A stretch of DNA of 64,000 nt from NCBI RefSeq assembly GCF_006345805.1, contig NC_043026.1, positions 744,001 through 808,000 on the forward strand. Reading direction: 5' to 3'. Position numbers and translations under genes: made by a program. Below the pieces are notes generated by a model. The model was not told the DNA's origin. It saw nothing but the letters and a program-made list of their open reading frames with translations, and searched no databases. The DNA comes from Octopus sinensis (taxonomy: Eukaryota). This document shows, in pieces, positions 52,201 to 64,000 of this stretch (its first letter is position 1; the number at the start of each line of letters is the position of its first letter).

Positions 52201-55200
52201 CGTTCGATGTCCGCAGCAAGTTCTTAAAAATTTATCTTACTATTTTATTCGTTGTTACTACGTTTCTTCATACATTGTTACGAAAATTTAACCTTTTAGG
52301 CTACTTTCAAGCCTTCGCCATAACTTGATTTATCTTTCTATCTCTCTCTCTACAAAATTTAACCTTAGGCCAGGCTACCTCAAGCCGTAATCCTATCTCT
52401 TCCCATCTCTTCTCATCTTTCAGCCATTGGCGGTCTTTTTTTCCTCCTCTCACCATTACGATTCTATAATTTAAATTCCCAATTCAATTTCAACTCCCGT
52501 TCGATGTCCGCAGCAAGTTCTTAAAAATTTATCTTACTATTTTATTCGTTGTTACTACGTTTCTTCATACATTGTTACGAAAATTTAACCTTTTAGGCTA
52601 CTTTCAAGCCTTCGCCATAACTTGATTTATCTTTCTATCTCTCTCTCTACAAAATTTAACCTTAGGCCAGGCTACCTCAAGCCGTAACCTATCTTCCCAT
52701 CTCTTCCCATCTCTTCCCATCTCTCAGCCATTGGCGGTCTTTTTTCCTCCTCTCACCATTACGATTCTATAATTTAAATTCCCAATTCAATTTCAACTCC
52801 CGTTCGATGTCCGCAGCAAGTTCTTAAAAATTTATCTTACTATTTATTCGTTGTTACTACGTTTCTTCATACATTGTTACGAAAATTTAACCTTTTAGGC
52901 TACTTTCAAGCCTTCGCCATAACTTGATTTATCTTTCTATCTCTCTCTCTACAAAATTTAACCTTAGGCCAGGCTACCTCAAGCCGTAATCCTATCTCTT
53001 CCCATCTTTCCCATCTCTCAGCCATTTTCAGCCATTGGCGGTCTTTTTCCTCCTCTCACCATTACGATTCTATAATTTAAATTCCCAATTCAATTTCAAC
53101 TCCCGTTCGATGTCCGCAGCAAGTTCTTAAAAATTTATCTTACTATTTTATTCGTTGTTACTACGTTTCTTCATACATTGTTACGAAAATTTAACCTTTT
53201 AGGCTACTTTCAAGCCTTCGCCATAACTTGATTTATCTTTCTATCTCTCTCTCTACAAAATTTAACCTTAGGCCAGGCTACCTCAAGCCGTAACATATCT
53301 TCCCATCTCTTTCCATCTCTCAGCCATTGGCGGTCTTTTTTCCTCCTCTCACCATTACGATTCTATAATTTAAATTCCCAATTCAATTTCAACTCCCGTT
53401 CGATGTCCGCAGCAAGTTCTTAAAAATTTATCTTACTATTTTATTCGTTGTTACGTTTCTTCATACATTGTTACGAAAATTTAACCTTTTAGGCTACTTT
53501 CAAGCCTTCGCCATAACTTGATTTATCTTTCTATCTCTCTCTCTACAAAATTTAACCTTAGGCCAGGCTACCTCAAGCCGTAATCCTATCTCTTCCCATC
53601 TCTTCCCATCTCTTCATCTCTCAGCCATTGGCGGTCTTTTTTCCTCCTCTCACCATTACGATTCTATAATTTAAATTCCCAATTCAATTTCAAACCCGTT
53701 CGATGTCCGCAGCAAGTTCTTAAAAATTTATCTTACTATTTTATTCGTTGTTACTACGTTTCTTCATACATTGTTACGAAAATTTAACCTTTTTAGGCTA
53801 CTTTCAAGCCTTCGCCATAACTTGATTTATCTTTCTATCTCTCTCTCTACAAAATTTAACCTTAGGCCAGGCTACCTCAAGCCGTAATCCTATCTCTTCC
53901 CATCTCTTCCCATCTCTCAGCCATTGGCGGTCTTTTTTCCTCCTCTCACCATTACGATTCTATAATTTAAATTCCCAATTCAATTTCAACTCCCGTTCGA
54001 TGTCCGCAGCAAGTTCTTAAAAATTTATCTTACTATTTTATTCGTTGTTACTACGTTTCTTCATACATTGTTACGAAAATTTAACCTTTTTAGGCTACTT
54101 TCAAGCCTTCGCCATAACTTGATTTATCTTTCTATCTCTCTCTCTACAAAATTAACCTTAGGCCAGGCTACCTCAAGCCGTAAACCCATCTCTTCCCATC
54201 TCTTCCCATCTCTTTCCATCTCTCAGCCATTGGCGGTCTTTTTCCTCCTCTCACCATTACGATTCTATAATTTAAATTCCCAATTCAATTTCAACTCCCG
54301 TTCGATGTCCGCAGCAAGTTCTTAAAAATTTATCTTACTATTTTATTCGTTGTTACTACGTTTCTTCATACATTGTTACGAAAATTTAACCTTTTAGGCT
54401 ACTTTCAAGCCTTCGCCATAACTTGATTTATCTTTCTATCTCTCTCTCTACAAAATTTAACCTTAGGCCAGGCTACCTCAAGCCGTAACCCTATCTCTTC
54501 CCATCTCTTTCCATCTCTCAGCCATTGGCGGTCTTTTTCCTCCTCTCACCATTACGATTCTATAATTTAAATTCCCAATTCAATTTCAACTCCCGTTCGA
54601 TGTCCGCAGCAAGTTCTTAAAAATTTATCTTACTATTTTATTCGTTGTTACTACGTTTCTTCATACATTGTTACGAAAATTTAACCTTTTAGGCTACTTT
54701 CAAGCCTTCGCCATAACTTGATTTATCTTTCTATCTCTCTCTCTACAAAATTTAACCTTAGGCCAGGCTACCTCAAGCCGTAACCCTATCTCTTCCCATC
54801 TCTTCCATCTCTTTCCATCTCTCAGCCATTGGCGGTCTTTTTTCTCCTCTCACCATTACGATTCTATAATTTAAATTCCCAATTCAATTTCAACTCCCGT
54901 TCGATGTCCGCAGCAAGTTCTTAAAAATTTATCTTACTATTTTATTCGTTGTTACTACGTTTCTTCATACATTGTTACGAAAATTTAACCTTTTAGGCTA
55001 CTTTCAAGCCTTCGCCATAACTTGATTTATCTTTCTATCTCTCTCTCTACAAAATTTAACCTTAGGCCAGGCTACCTCAAGCCGTAACCTATCTCTTCAT
55101 CTCTTCCCATCTCTTTCCATCTCTCAGCCATTGGCGGTCTTTTTCCTCCTCTCACCATTACGATTCTATAATTAAATTCCCAATTCAATTTCAACTCCCG

Positions 55201-58200
55201 TTCGATGTCCGCAGCAAGTTCTTAAAAATTTATCTTACTATTTTATTCGTTGTTACTACGTTTCTTCATACATTGTTACGAAAATTTAACCTTTTAGGCT
55301 ACTTTCAAGCCTTCGCCATAACTTGATTATTTCTTTCTATCTCTCTCTCTACAAAATTTAACCTTAGGCCAGGCTACCTCAAGCCGTAACCCTATCTCTT
55401 CCCATCTCTTTCCATCTCTCAGCCATTGGCGGTCTTTTTTTCCTCCTCTCACCATTACGATTCTATAATTTAAATTCCCAATTCAATTTCAACTCCCGTT
55501 CGATGTCCGCAGCAAGTTCTTAAAAATTTATCTTACTATTTTATTCGTTGTTACTACGTTTCTTCATACATTGTTACGAAAATTTAACCTTTTAGGCTAT
55601 TTTCAAGCCTTCGCCATAACTTGATTTATCTTTCTATCTCTCTCTCTACAAAATTTAACCTTAGGCCAGGCTACCTCAAGCCGTACCCTATCTCTTCCCA
55701 TCTCTTCCCATCTCTTTCCATCTCTCAGCCATTGGCGGTCTTTTTTCCTCCTCTCACCATTACGATTCTATAATTTAAATTCCCAATTCAATTTCAACTC
55801 CCGTTCGATGTCCGCAGCAAGTTCTTAAAAATTTATCTTACTATTTTATTCGTTGTTACTACGTTTCTTCATACATTGTTACGAAAATTAACCTTTTAGG
55901 CTACTTTCAAGCCTTCGCCATAACTTGATTTATCTTTCTATCTCTCTCTCTACAAAATTTAACCTTAGGCCAGGCTACCTCAAGCCGTAACCTATCTCTT
56001 CCCATCTCTTTCCATCTCTCAGCCATTGGCGGTCTTTTTTCCTCCTCTCACCATTACGATTCTATAATTTAAATTCCCAATTCAATTTCAACTCCCGTTC
56101 GATGTCCGCAGCAAGTTCTTAAAAATTTATCTTACTATTTTATTCGTTGTACGTTTCTTATACATTGTTACGAAAATTTAACCTTTTAGGCTACTTTCAA
56201 GCCTTCGCCATAACTTGATTTATCTTCTATCTCTCTCTCTACAAAATTTAACCTTAGGCCAGGCTACCTCAAGCCGTAACCCTATCTCTTCCCATCTCTT
56301 CCATCTCTTTCCATCTTTCAGCCATTGGCGGTCTTTTTTCCTCCTCTCACCATTACGATTCTATAATTTAAATTCCCAATTCAATTTCAACTCCCGTTCG
56401 ATGTCCGCAGCAAGTTCTTAAAAATTATCTTACTATTTTATTCGTTGTTACTACGTTTCTTCATACATTGTTACGAAAATTTAACCTTTTAGGCTACTTT
56501 CAAGCCTTCGCCATAACTTGATTTATCTTTCTATCTCTCTCTCTACAAAATTTAACCTTAGGCCAGGCTACCTCAAGCCGTAAACCTATCTCTTCCCATC
56601 TCTTTCCACTCTTCAGCCATTGGCGGTCTTTTTTCCTCCTCTCACCATTACGATTCTATAATTTAAATTCCCAATTCAATTTCAACTCCCGTTCGATGTC
56701 CGCAGCAAGTTCTTAAAAATTTATCTTACTATTTTATTCGTTGTTACTACGTTTCTTCATACATTGTTACGAAAATTTAACCTTTTAGGCTACTTTCAAG
56801 CCTTCGCCATAACTTGATTTATCTTTCTATCTCTCTCTCTACAAAATTTAACCTTAGGCCAGGCTACCTCAAGCCGTAATCCTATCTCTTCCCATCTCTT
56901 CCCATCTCTTTCCATCTCTCAGCCATTGGCGGTCTTTTTTCCTCTCACCATTACGATTCTATAATTTAAATTCCCAATTCAATTTCAACTCCCGTTCGAT
57001 GTCCGCAGCAAGTTCTTAAAAATTTATCTTACTATTTTATTCGTTGTTACTACGTTTCTTCATACATTGTTACGAAAATTTAACCTTTTAGGCTACTTTC
57101 AAGCCTTCGCCATAACTTGATTTATCTTTCTATCTCTCTCTCTACAAAATTTAACCTTAGGCCAGGCTACCTCAAGCCGTAATCCTATCTCTTCCCATCT
57201 CTTCCATCTCTTTCCATCTCTCAGCCATTGGCGGTCTTTTTTTCTTCCTCACCATTACGATTCTATAATTTAAATTCCCAATTCAATTTCAACTCCCGTT
57301 CGATGTCCGCAGCAAGTTCTTAAAATTTATCTTACTATTTTATTCGTTGTTACTACGTTTCTTCATACATTGTTACGAAAATTTAACCTTTTAGGCTACT
57401 TTCAAGCCTTCGCCATAACTTGATTTATCTTTCTATCTCTCTCTCTACAAAATTTAACCTTAGGCCAGGCTACCTCAAGCCGTAACCCTATCTCTTCCAT
57501 CTCTTCCCATCTTTCCATCTCTCAGCCATTGGCGGTCTTTTTTTCCTCCTCTCACCATTACGATTCTATAATTTAAATTCCCAATTCAATTTCAACTCCC
57601 GTTCGATGTCCGCAGCAAGTTCTTAAAAATTTATCTTACTATTTTATTCGTTGTTACTACGTTTCTTCATACATTGTTACGAAAATTTAACCTTTTAGGC
57701 TACTTTGAAGCCTTCGCCATAACTTGATTTATCTTTCTATCTCTCTCTCTACAAAATTTAACCTTAGGCCAGGCTACCTCAAGCCGTAATCCTATCTCTT
57801 CCCATCTCTTCCCATCTCTTAGCCATTGGCGGTCTTTTTTTTCCTCCTCTCACCATTACGATTCTATAATTTAAATTCCCAATTCAATTTCAACTCCCGT
57901 TCGATGTCCGCAGCAAGTTCTTAAAAATTTATCTTACTATTTTATTCGTTGTTACTACGTTTCTTCATACATTGTTACGAAAATTTAACCTTTTAGGCTA
58001 CTTTGAAGCCTTCGCCATAACTTGATTTATCTTTCTATCTCTCTCTCTACAAAATTTAACCTTAGGCCAGGCTACCTCAAGCCGTAACCTATCTCTTCCC
58101 ATCTTTCCATCTCTTTCATCTCAGCCATTGGCGGTCTTTTTTCCTCCTCTCACCATTACGATTCTATAATTTAAATTCCCAATTCAATTTCAACTCCCGT

Positions 58201-61200
58201 TCGATGTCCGCAGCAAGTTCTTAAAAATTTATCTTACTATTTTATTCGTTGTTACTACGTTTCTTCATACATTGTTACGAAAATTTAACCTTTTAGGCTA
58301 CTTTCAAGCCTTCGCCATAACTTGATTTATCTTTCTATCTCTCTCTCTACAAAATTTAACCTTAGGCCAGGCTACCTCAAGCCGTAATCCTATCTCTTCC
58401 CATCTCTCCCATCTTTCATCTCTCAGCATTGGCGGTCTTTTTTCCTCCTCTCACCATTACGATTCTATAATTTAAATTCCCAATTCAATTCAACTCCCGT
58501 TCGATGTCCGCAGCAAGTTCTTAAAAATTTATCTTACTATTTTATTCGTTGTTACTACGTTTCTTCATACATTGTTACGAAAATTTAACCTTTTAGGCTA
58601 CTTTCAAGCCTTCGCCATAACTTGATTTATCTTTCTATCTCTCTCTCTACAAAATTTAACCTTAGGCCAGGCTACCTCAAGCCGTAACCCTATCTCTTCC
58701 CATCTCTTCCCATCTCTTCCATCTCTCAGCCATTGGCGGTCTTTTTTTCCTCCTCTCACCATTACGATTCTATAATTTAAATTCCCAATTCAATTTCAAC
58801 TCCCGTTCGATGTCCGCAGCAAGTTCTTAAAATTTATCTTACTATTTTATTCGTTGTTACTACGTTCTTCATACATTGTTACGAAAATTTAACCTTTTAG
58901 GCTTTTCAAGCCTTCGCCATAACTTGATTTATCTTTCTATCTCTCTCTCTACAAAATTTAACCTTAGGCCAGGCTACCTCAAGCCGTAACCCTATCTCTT
59001 TCCATCTTCTTCCATCTCTCAGCCATTGGGCGGTCTTTTTTCCTCCTCTCACCATTACGATTCTATAATTTAAATTCCCAATTCAATTTCAACTCCCGTT
59101 CGATGTCCGCAGCAAGTTCTTAAAAATTTATCTTACTATTTTATTCGTTGTTACTACGTTTCTTCATACATTGTTACGAAAATTTAACCTTTTAGGCTAT
59201 TTTCAAGCCTTCGCCATAACTTGATTTATCTTTCTATCTCTCTCTCTACAAAATTTAACCTTAGGCCAGGCTACCTCAAGCCGTAACCTATCTCTTCCCA
59301 TCTCTTCCCATCTCTTTCATTCTCCATTGGCGTCTTTTTTCCTCCTCTCACCATTACGATTCTATAATTTAAATTCCCAATTCAATTTCAACTCCCGTTC
59401 GATGTCCGCAGCAAGTTCTTAAAAATTTATCTTACTATTTTATTCGTTGTTACTACGTTTCTTCATACATTGTTACGAAAATTTAACCTTTTAGGCTACT
59501 TTCAAGCCTTCGCCATAACTTGATTTATCTTTCTATCTCTCTCTCTACAAAATTTAACCTTAGGCCAGGCTACCTCAAGCCGTAACCCTATCTCTTCCCA
59601 TCTTTCATCTCTCAGCATTGGCGGTCTTTTTTTCCTCCTCTCACCATTACGATTCTATAATTTAAATTCCCAATTCAATTTCAACTCCCGTTCGATGTCC
59701 GCAGCAAGTTCTTAAAAATTTATCTTACTATTTTATTCGTTGTTACTACGTTTCTTCATACATTGTTACGAAAATTTAACCTTTTAGGCTACTTTCAAGC
59801 CTTCGCCATAACTTGATTTATCTTTCTATCTCTCTCTCTACAAAATTTAACCTTAGGCCAGGCTACCTCAAGCCGTACCCTATCTCTTCCCATCTCTTCC
59901 CATCTCTTTCCATCTCTCAGCCATTGGCGGTCTTTTTTCCTCCTCTCACCATTACGATTCTATAATTTAAATTCCCAATTCAATTTCAACTCCCGTTCGA
60001 TGTCCGCAGCAAGTTCTTAAAAATTTATCTTACTATTTTATTCGTTGTTACTACGTTCTTCATACATTGTTACGAAAATTTAACCTTTTAGGCTACTTTC
60101 AAGCCTTCGCCATAACTTGATTTATCTTTCTATCTCTCTCTCTACAAAATTTAACCTTAGGCCAGGCTACCTCAAGCCGTAAACCTATCTCTTCCATCTC
60201 TTCCCATCTCTTTCATTCTCAGCCATTGGCGTTTTTTTCCTCCTCTCACCATTACGATTCTATAATTTAAATTCCCAATTCAATTTCAACTCCCGTTCGA
60301 TGTCCGCAGCAAGTTCTTAAAAATTTATCTTACTATTTTATTCGTTGTTACTACGTTTCTTCATACATTGTTACGAAAATTTAACCTTTTAGGCTATTTT
60401 CAAGCCTTCGCCATAACTTGATTTATCTTTCTATCTCTCTCTCTACAAAATTTAACCTTAGGCCAGGCTACCTCAAGCCGTAACCCTATCTCTCCCATCT
60501 TCCATCTCTTTCCATCTCTCAGCCATTGGCGGTTTTTTCCTCCTCTCACCATTACGATTCTATAATTTAAATTCCCAATTCAATTTCAACTCCCGTTCGA
60601 TGTCCGCAGCAAGTTCTTAAAAATTTATCTTACTATTTTATTCGTTGTTACTACGTTTCTTCATACATTGTTACGAAAATTTAACCTTTTAGGCTACTTT
60701 CAAGCCTTCGCCATAACTTGATTTATCTTTCTATCTCTCTCTCTACAAAATTTAACCTTAGGCCAGGCTACCTCAAGCCGTAATCCTATCTCTTCCCATC
60801 TCTTTCCATCTCTCAGCCATTGGCGGTTTTTTTCCTCCTCTCACCATTACGATTCTATAATTTAAATTCCCAATTCAATTTCAACTCCCGTTCGATGTCC
60901 GCAGCAAGTTCTTAAAAATTTATCTTACTATTTTATTCGTTGTTACTACGTTTCTTCATACATTGTTACGAAAATTTAACCTTTTAGGCTACTTTCAAGC
61001 CTTCGCCATAACTTGATTTATCTTTCTATCTCTCTCTCTACAAAATTTAACCTTAGGCCAGGCTACTCAAGCCGTAACCCTATCTCTTTCCATCTTTCCA
61101 TCTCTTCCATCTCTCAGCCATTGGCGGTCTTTTTTTCTCCTCTCACCATTACGATTCTATAATTTAAATTCCCAATTCAATTTCAACTCCCGTTCGATGT

Positions 61201-64000
61201 CCGCAGCAAGTTCTTAAAAATTTATCTTACTATTTTATTCGTTGTTACTACGTTTCTTCATACATTGTTACGAAAATTTAACCTTTTTAGGCTACTTTCA
61301 AGCCTTCGCCATAACTTGATTTATCTTTCTATCTCTCTCTCTACAAAATTTAACCTTAGGCCAGGCTACCTCAAGCCGTAATCCTATCTCTTCCCATCTC
61401 TCACCCATCTCTCAGCCATTGGCGGTCTTTTTTTCCTCCTCTCACCATTACGATTCTATAATTTAAATTCCCAATTCAATTTCAACTCCCGTTCGATGTC
61501 CGCAGCAAGTTCTTAAAAATTTATCTTACTATTTTATTCGTTGTTACTACGTTTCTTCATACATTGTTACGAAAATTTAACCTTTTTAGGCTACTTTCAA
61601 GCCTTCGCCATAACTTGATTTATCTTTCTATCTCTCTCTCTACAAAATTTACCTTAGGCCAGGCTACCTCAAGCCGTAATCCTATCTTTCCCATCTCTTC
61701 CCATCTCTTTCCATCTCTCAGCCTTGGCGGTTCTTTTTCCTCCTCTCACCATTACGATTCTATAATTTAAATTCCCAATTCAATTTCAACTCCCGTTCGA
61801 TGTCCGCAGCAAGTTCTTAAAAATTTATCTTACTATTTTATTCGTTGTTACTACGTTTCTTCATACATTGTTACGAAAATTTAACCTTTTAGGCTACTTT
61901 CAAGCCTTCGCCATAACTTGATTTATCTTTCTATCTCTCTCTACAAAATTTAACCTTAGGCCAGGCTACCTCAAGCCGTAACCCTATCTCTTTCCATCCT
62001 TCCCATCTCTTTCCATCTTCAGCCATTGGCGGTCTTTTTCCTCCTCTCACCATTACGATTCTATAATTTAAATTCCCAATTCAATTTCAACTCCCGTTCG
62101 ATGTCCGCAGCAAGTTCTTAAAAATTTATCTTACTATTTTATTCGTTGTTACTACGTTTCTTCATACATTGTTACGAAAATTTAACCTTTTAGGCTACTT
62201 TCAAGCCTTCGCCATAACTTGATTTATCTTTCTATCTCTCTCTCTACAAATTTAACCTTAGGCCAGGCTACCTCAAGCCGTAATCCTATCTCTTCCCATC
62301 TCTTCCCATCTTTTCCATCTCTCAGCCATTGGCGGTCTTTTTTCCTCCTCTCACCATTACGATTCTATAATTTAAATTCCCAATTCAATTTCAACTCCCG
62401 TTCGATGTCCGCAGCAAGTTCTTAAAAATTTATCTTACTATTTTATTCGTTGTTACTACGTTTCTTCATACATTGTTACGAAAATTTAACCTTTTAGGCT
62501 ACTTTCAAGCCTTCGCCATAACTTGATTTATCTTTCTATCTCTCTCTCTACAAAATTTAACCTTAGGCCAGGCTACCTCAAGCCGTAACCCTATCTCTTC
62601 CCATCTCTTCCATCTCTCAGCCATTGGCGGTCTTTTTTCCTCTCTCACCATTACGATTCTATAATTTAAATTCCCAATTCAATTTCAACTCCCGTTCGAT
62701 GTCCGCAGCAAGTTCTTAAAAATTTATCTTACTATTTTATTCGTTGTTACTACGTTTCTTCATACATTGTTACGAAAATTTAACCTTTTAGGCTATTTTC
62801 AAGCCTTCGCCATAACTTGATTTATCTTTCTATCTCTCTCTCTACAAAATTTAACCTTAGGCCAGGCTACCTCAAGCCGTAACCCTATCTCTTCCCATCT
62901 CTTCCCATCTCTTTCCATCTCTCAGCCATTGGCGGTCTTTTTTCCTCCTCTCACCATTACGATTCTATAATTTAAATTCCCAATTCAATTTCAACTCCCG
63001 TTCGATGTCCGCAGCAAGTTCTTAAAAATTTATCTTACTATTTTATTCGTTGTTACTACGTTTCTTCATACATTGTTACGAAAATTTAACCTTTTAGGCT
63101 ATTTTCAAGCCTTCGCCATAACTTGATTTATCTTTCTATCTCTCTCTCTACAAAATTTAACCTTAGGCCAGGCTACCTCAAGCCGTAACCTATTCTCTTC
63201 CCATCTCTTTCCATCTCTCAGCCATTGGCGGTCTTTTTTCCTCCTCTCACCATTACGATTCTATAATTTAAATTCCCAATTCAATTTCAACTCCCGTTCG
63301 ATGTCCGCAGCAAGTTCTTAAAAATTTATCTTACTATTTTATTCGTTGTTACTACGTTTCTTCATACATTGTTACGAAAATTTAACCTTTTAGGCTATTT
63401 TCAAGCCTTCGCCATAACTTGATTTATCTTTCTATCTCTCTCTCTACAAAATTTAACCTTAGGCCAGGCTACCTCAAGCCGTAACCCTATCTCTTCCCAT
63501 CTCTTCCCATCTCTTTCCATCTCTCAGCCATTGGCGGTCTTTTTTCCTCCTCTCACCATTACGATTCTATAATTTAAATTCCCAATTCAATTTCAACTCC
63601 CGTTCGATGTCCGCAGCAAGTTCTTAAAAATTTATCTTACTATTTTATTCGTTGTTACTACGTTTCTTCATACATTGTTACGAAAATTTAACCTTTTAGG
63701 CTATTTTCAAGCCTTCGCCATAACTTGATTTATCTTTCTATCTCTCTCTCTACAAAATTTAACCTTAGGCCAGGCTACCTCAAGCCGTAACCCTATCTCT
63801 TCCCATCTCTTCCCATCTTTTCCATCTCTCACATTGGCGGTTTTTTCCTCCTCTCACCATTACGATTCTATAATTTAAATTCCCAATTCAATTTCAACTC
63901 CGTTCGATGTCCGCAGCAAGTTCTTAAAAATTTATCTTACTATTTTATTCGTTGTTACTACGTTTCTTCATACATTGTTACGAAAATTTAACCTTTTAGG
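46206..64000. repeat. Tandem satellite array, ~300-bp unit, 59 full copies plus a partial, running off the window
   Basis: GATGTCCGCAGCAAG recurs 59 times from ~46488 to ~63906 (mean period ~300). Units are near-identical apart from the (CCCATCTCTT)n tract and homopolymers. Confidence 0.98.

Noticed and set aside
46206-64000. CRISPR-like array, or coding ORFs in the 300-bp repeat
   Set aside because: There are no unique spacers and the context is eukaryotic. The ORFs appear only in units with particular indels.

Overview
AT-rich, microsatellite-dense animal DNA. The SINE families and simple-repeat load look like a coleoid cephalopod (Octopus-like); this is an inference. No prokaryotic features are present. 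(1) A minus-strand multi-exon gene spans about 10.5-38.6 kb. It has a 1547-bp Ser/Pro/acidic exon, two well-supported downstream exons and several short exons (three of them 17-26 nt) whose splice phases chain into one open frame of about 680-730 aa with no domain I recognise. (2) Transposon debris is dense: tRNA-derived SINEs, RTE, CR1 and R4/Dong-like LINE ends, Helitron-type elements, and a mariner with four nested insertions. (3) At least seven families of 180-410 bp elements sit inside (TA)n tracts, most of them fold-back (inverted-repeat). Several carry minimal type I hammerhead-ribozyme motifs with a palindromic helix III, the signature of Penelope-like pseudo-LTRs. One copy (17397-17457) has an intact catalytic core. 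(4) A possible plus-strand exon lies at 44695-44760, followed by a 100-N gap. (5) A very homogeneous ~300-bp tandem array of 59+ copies runs from ~46.2 kb to the window end. Nearly all ORFs in the supplied track are microsatellite artefacts. All coordinates were read by eye.
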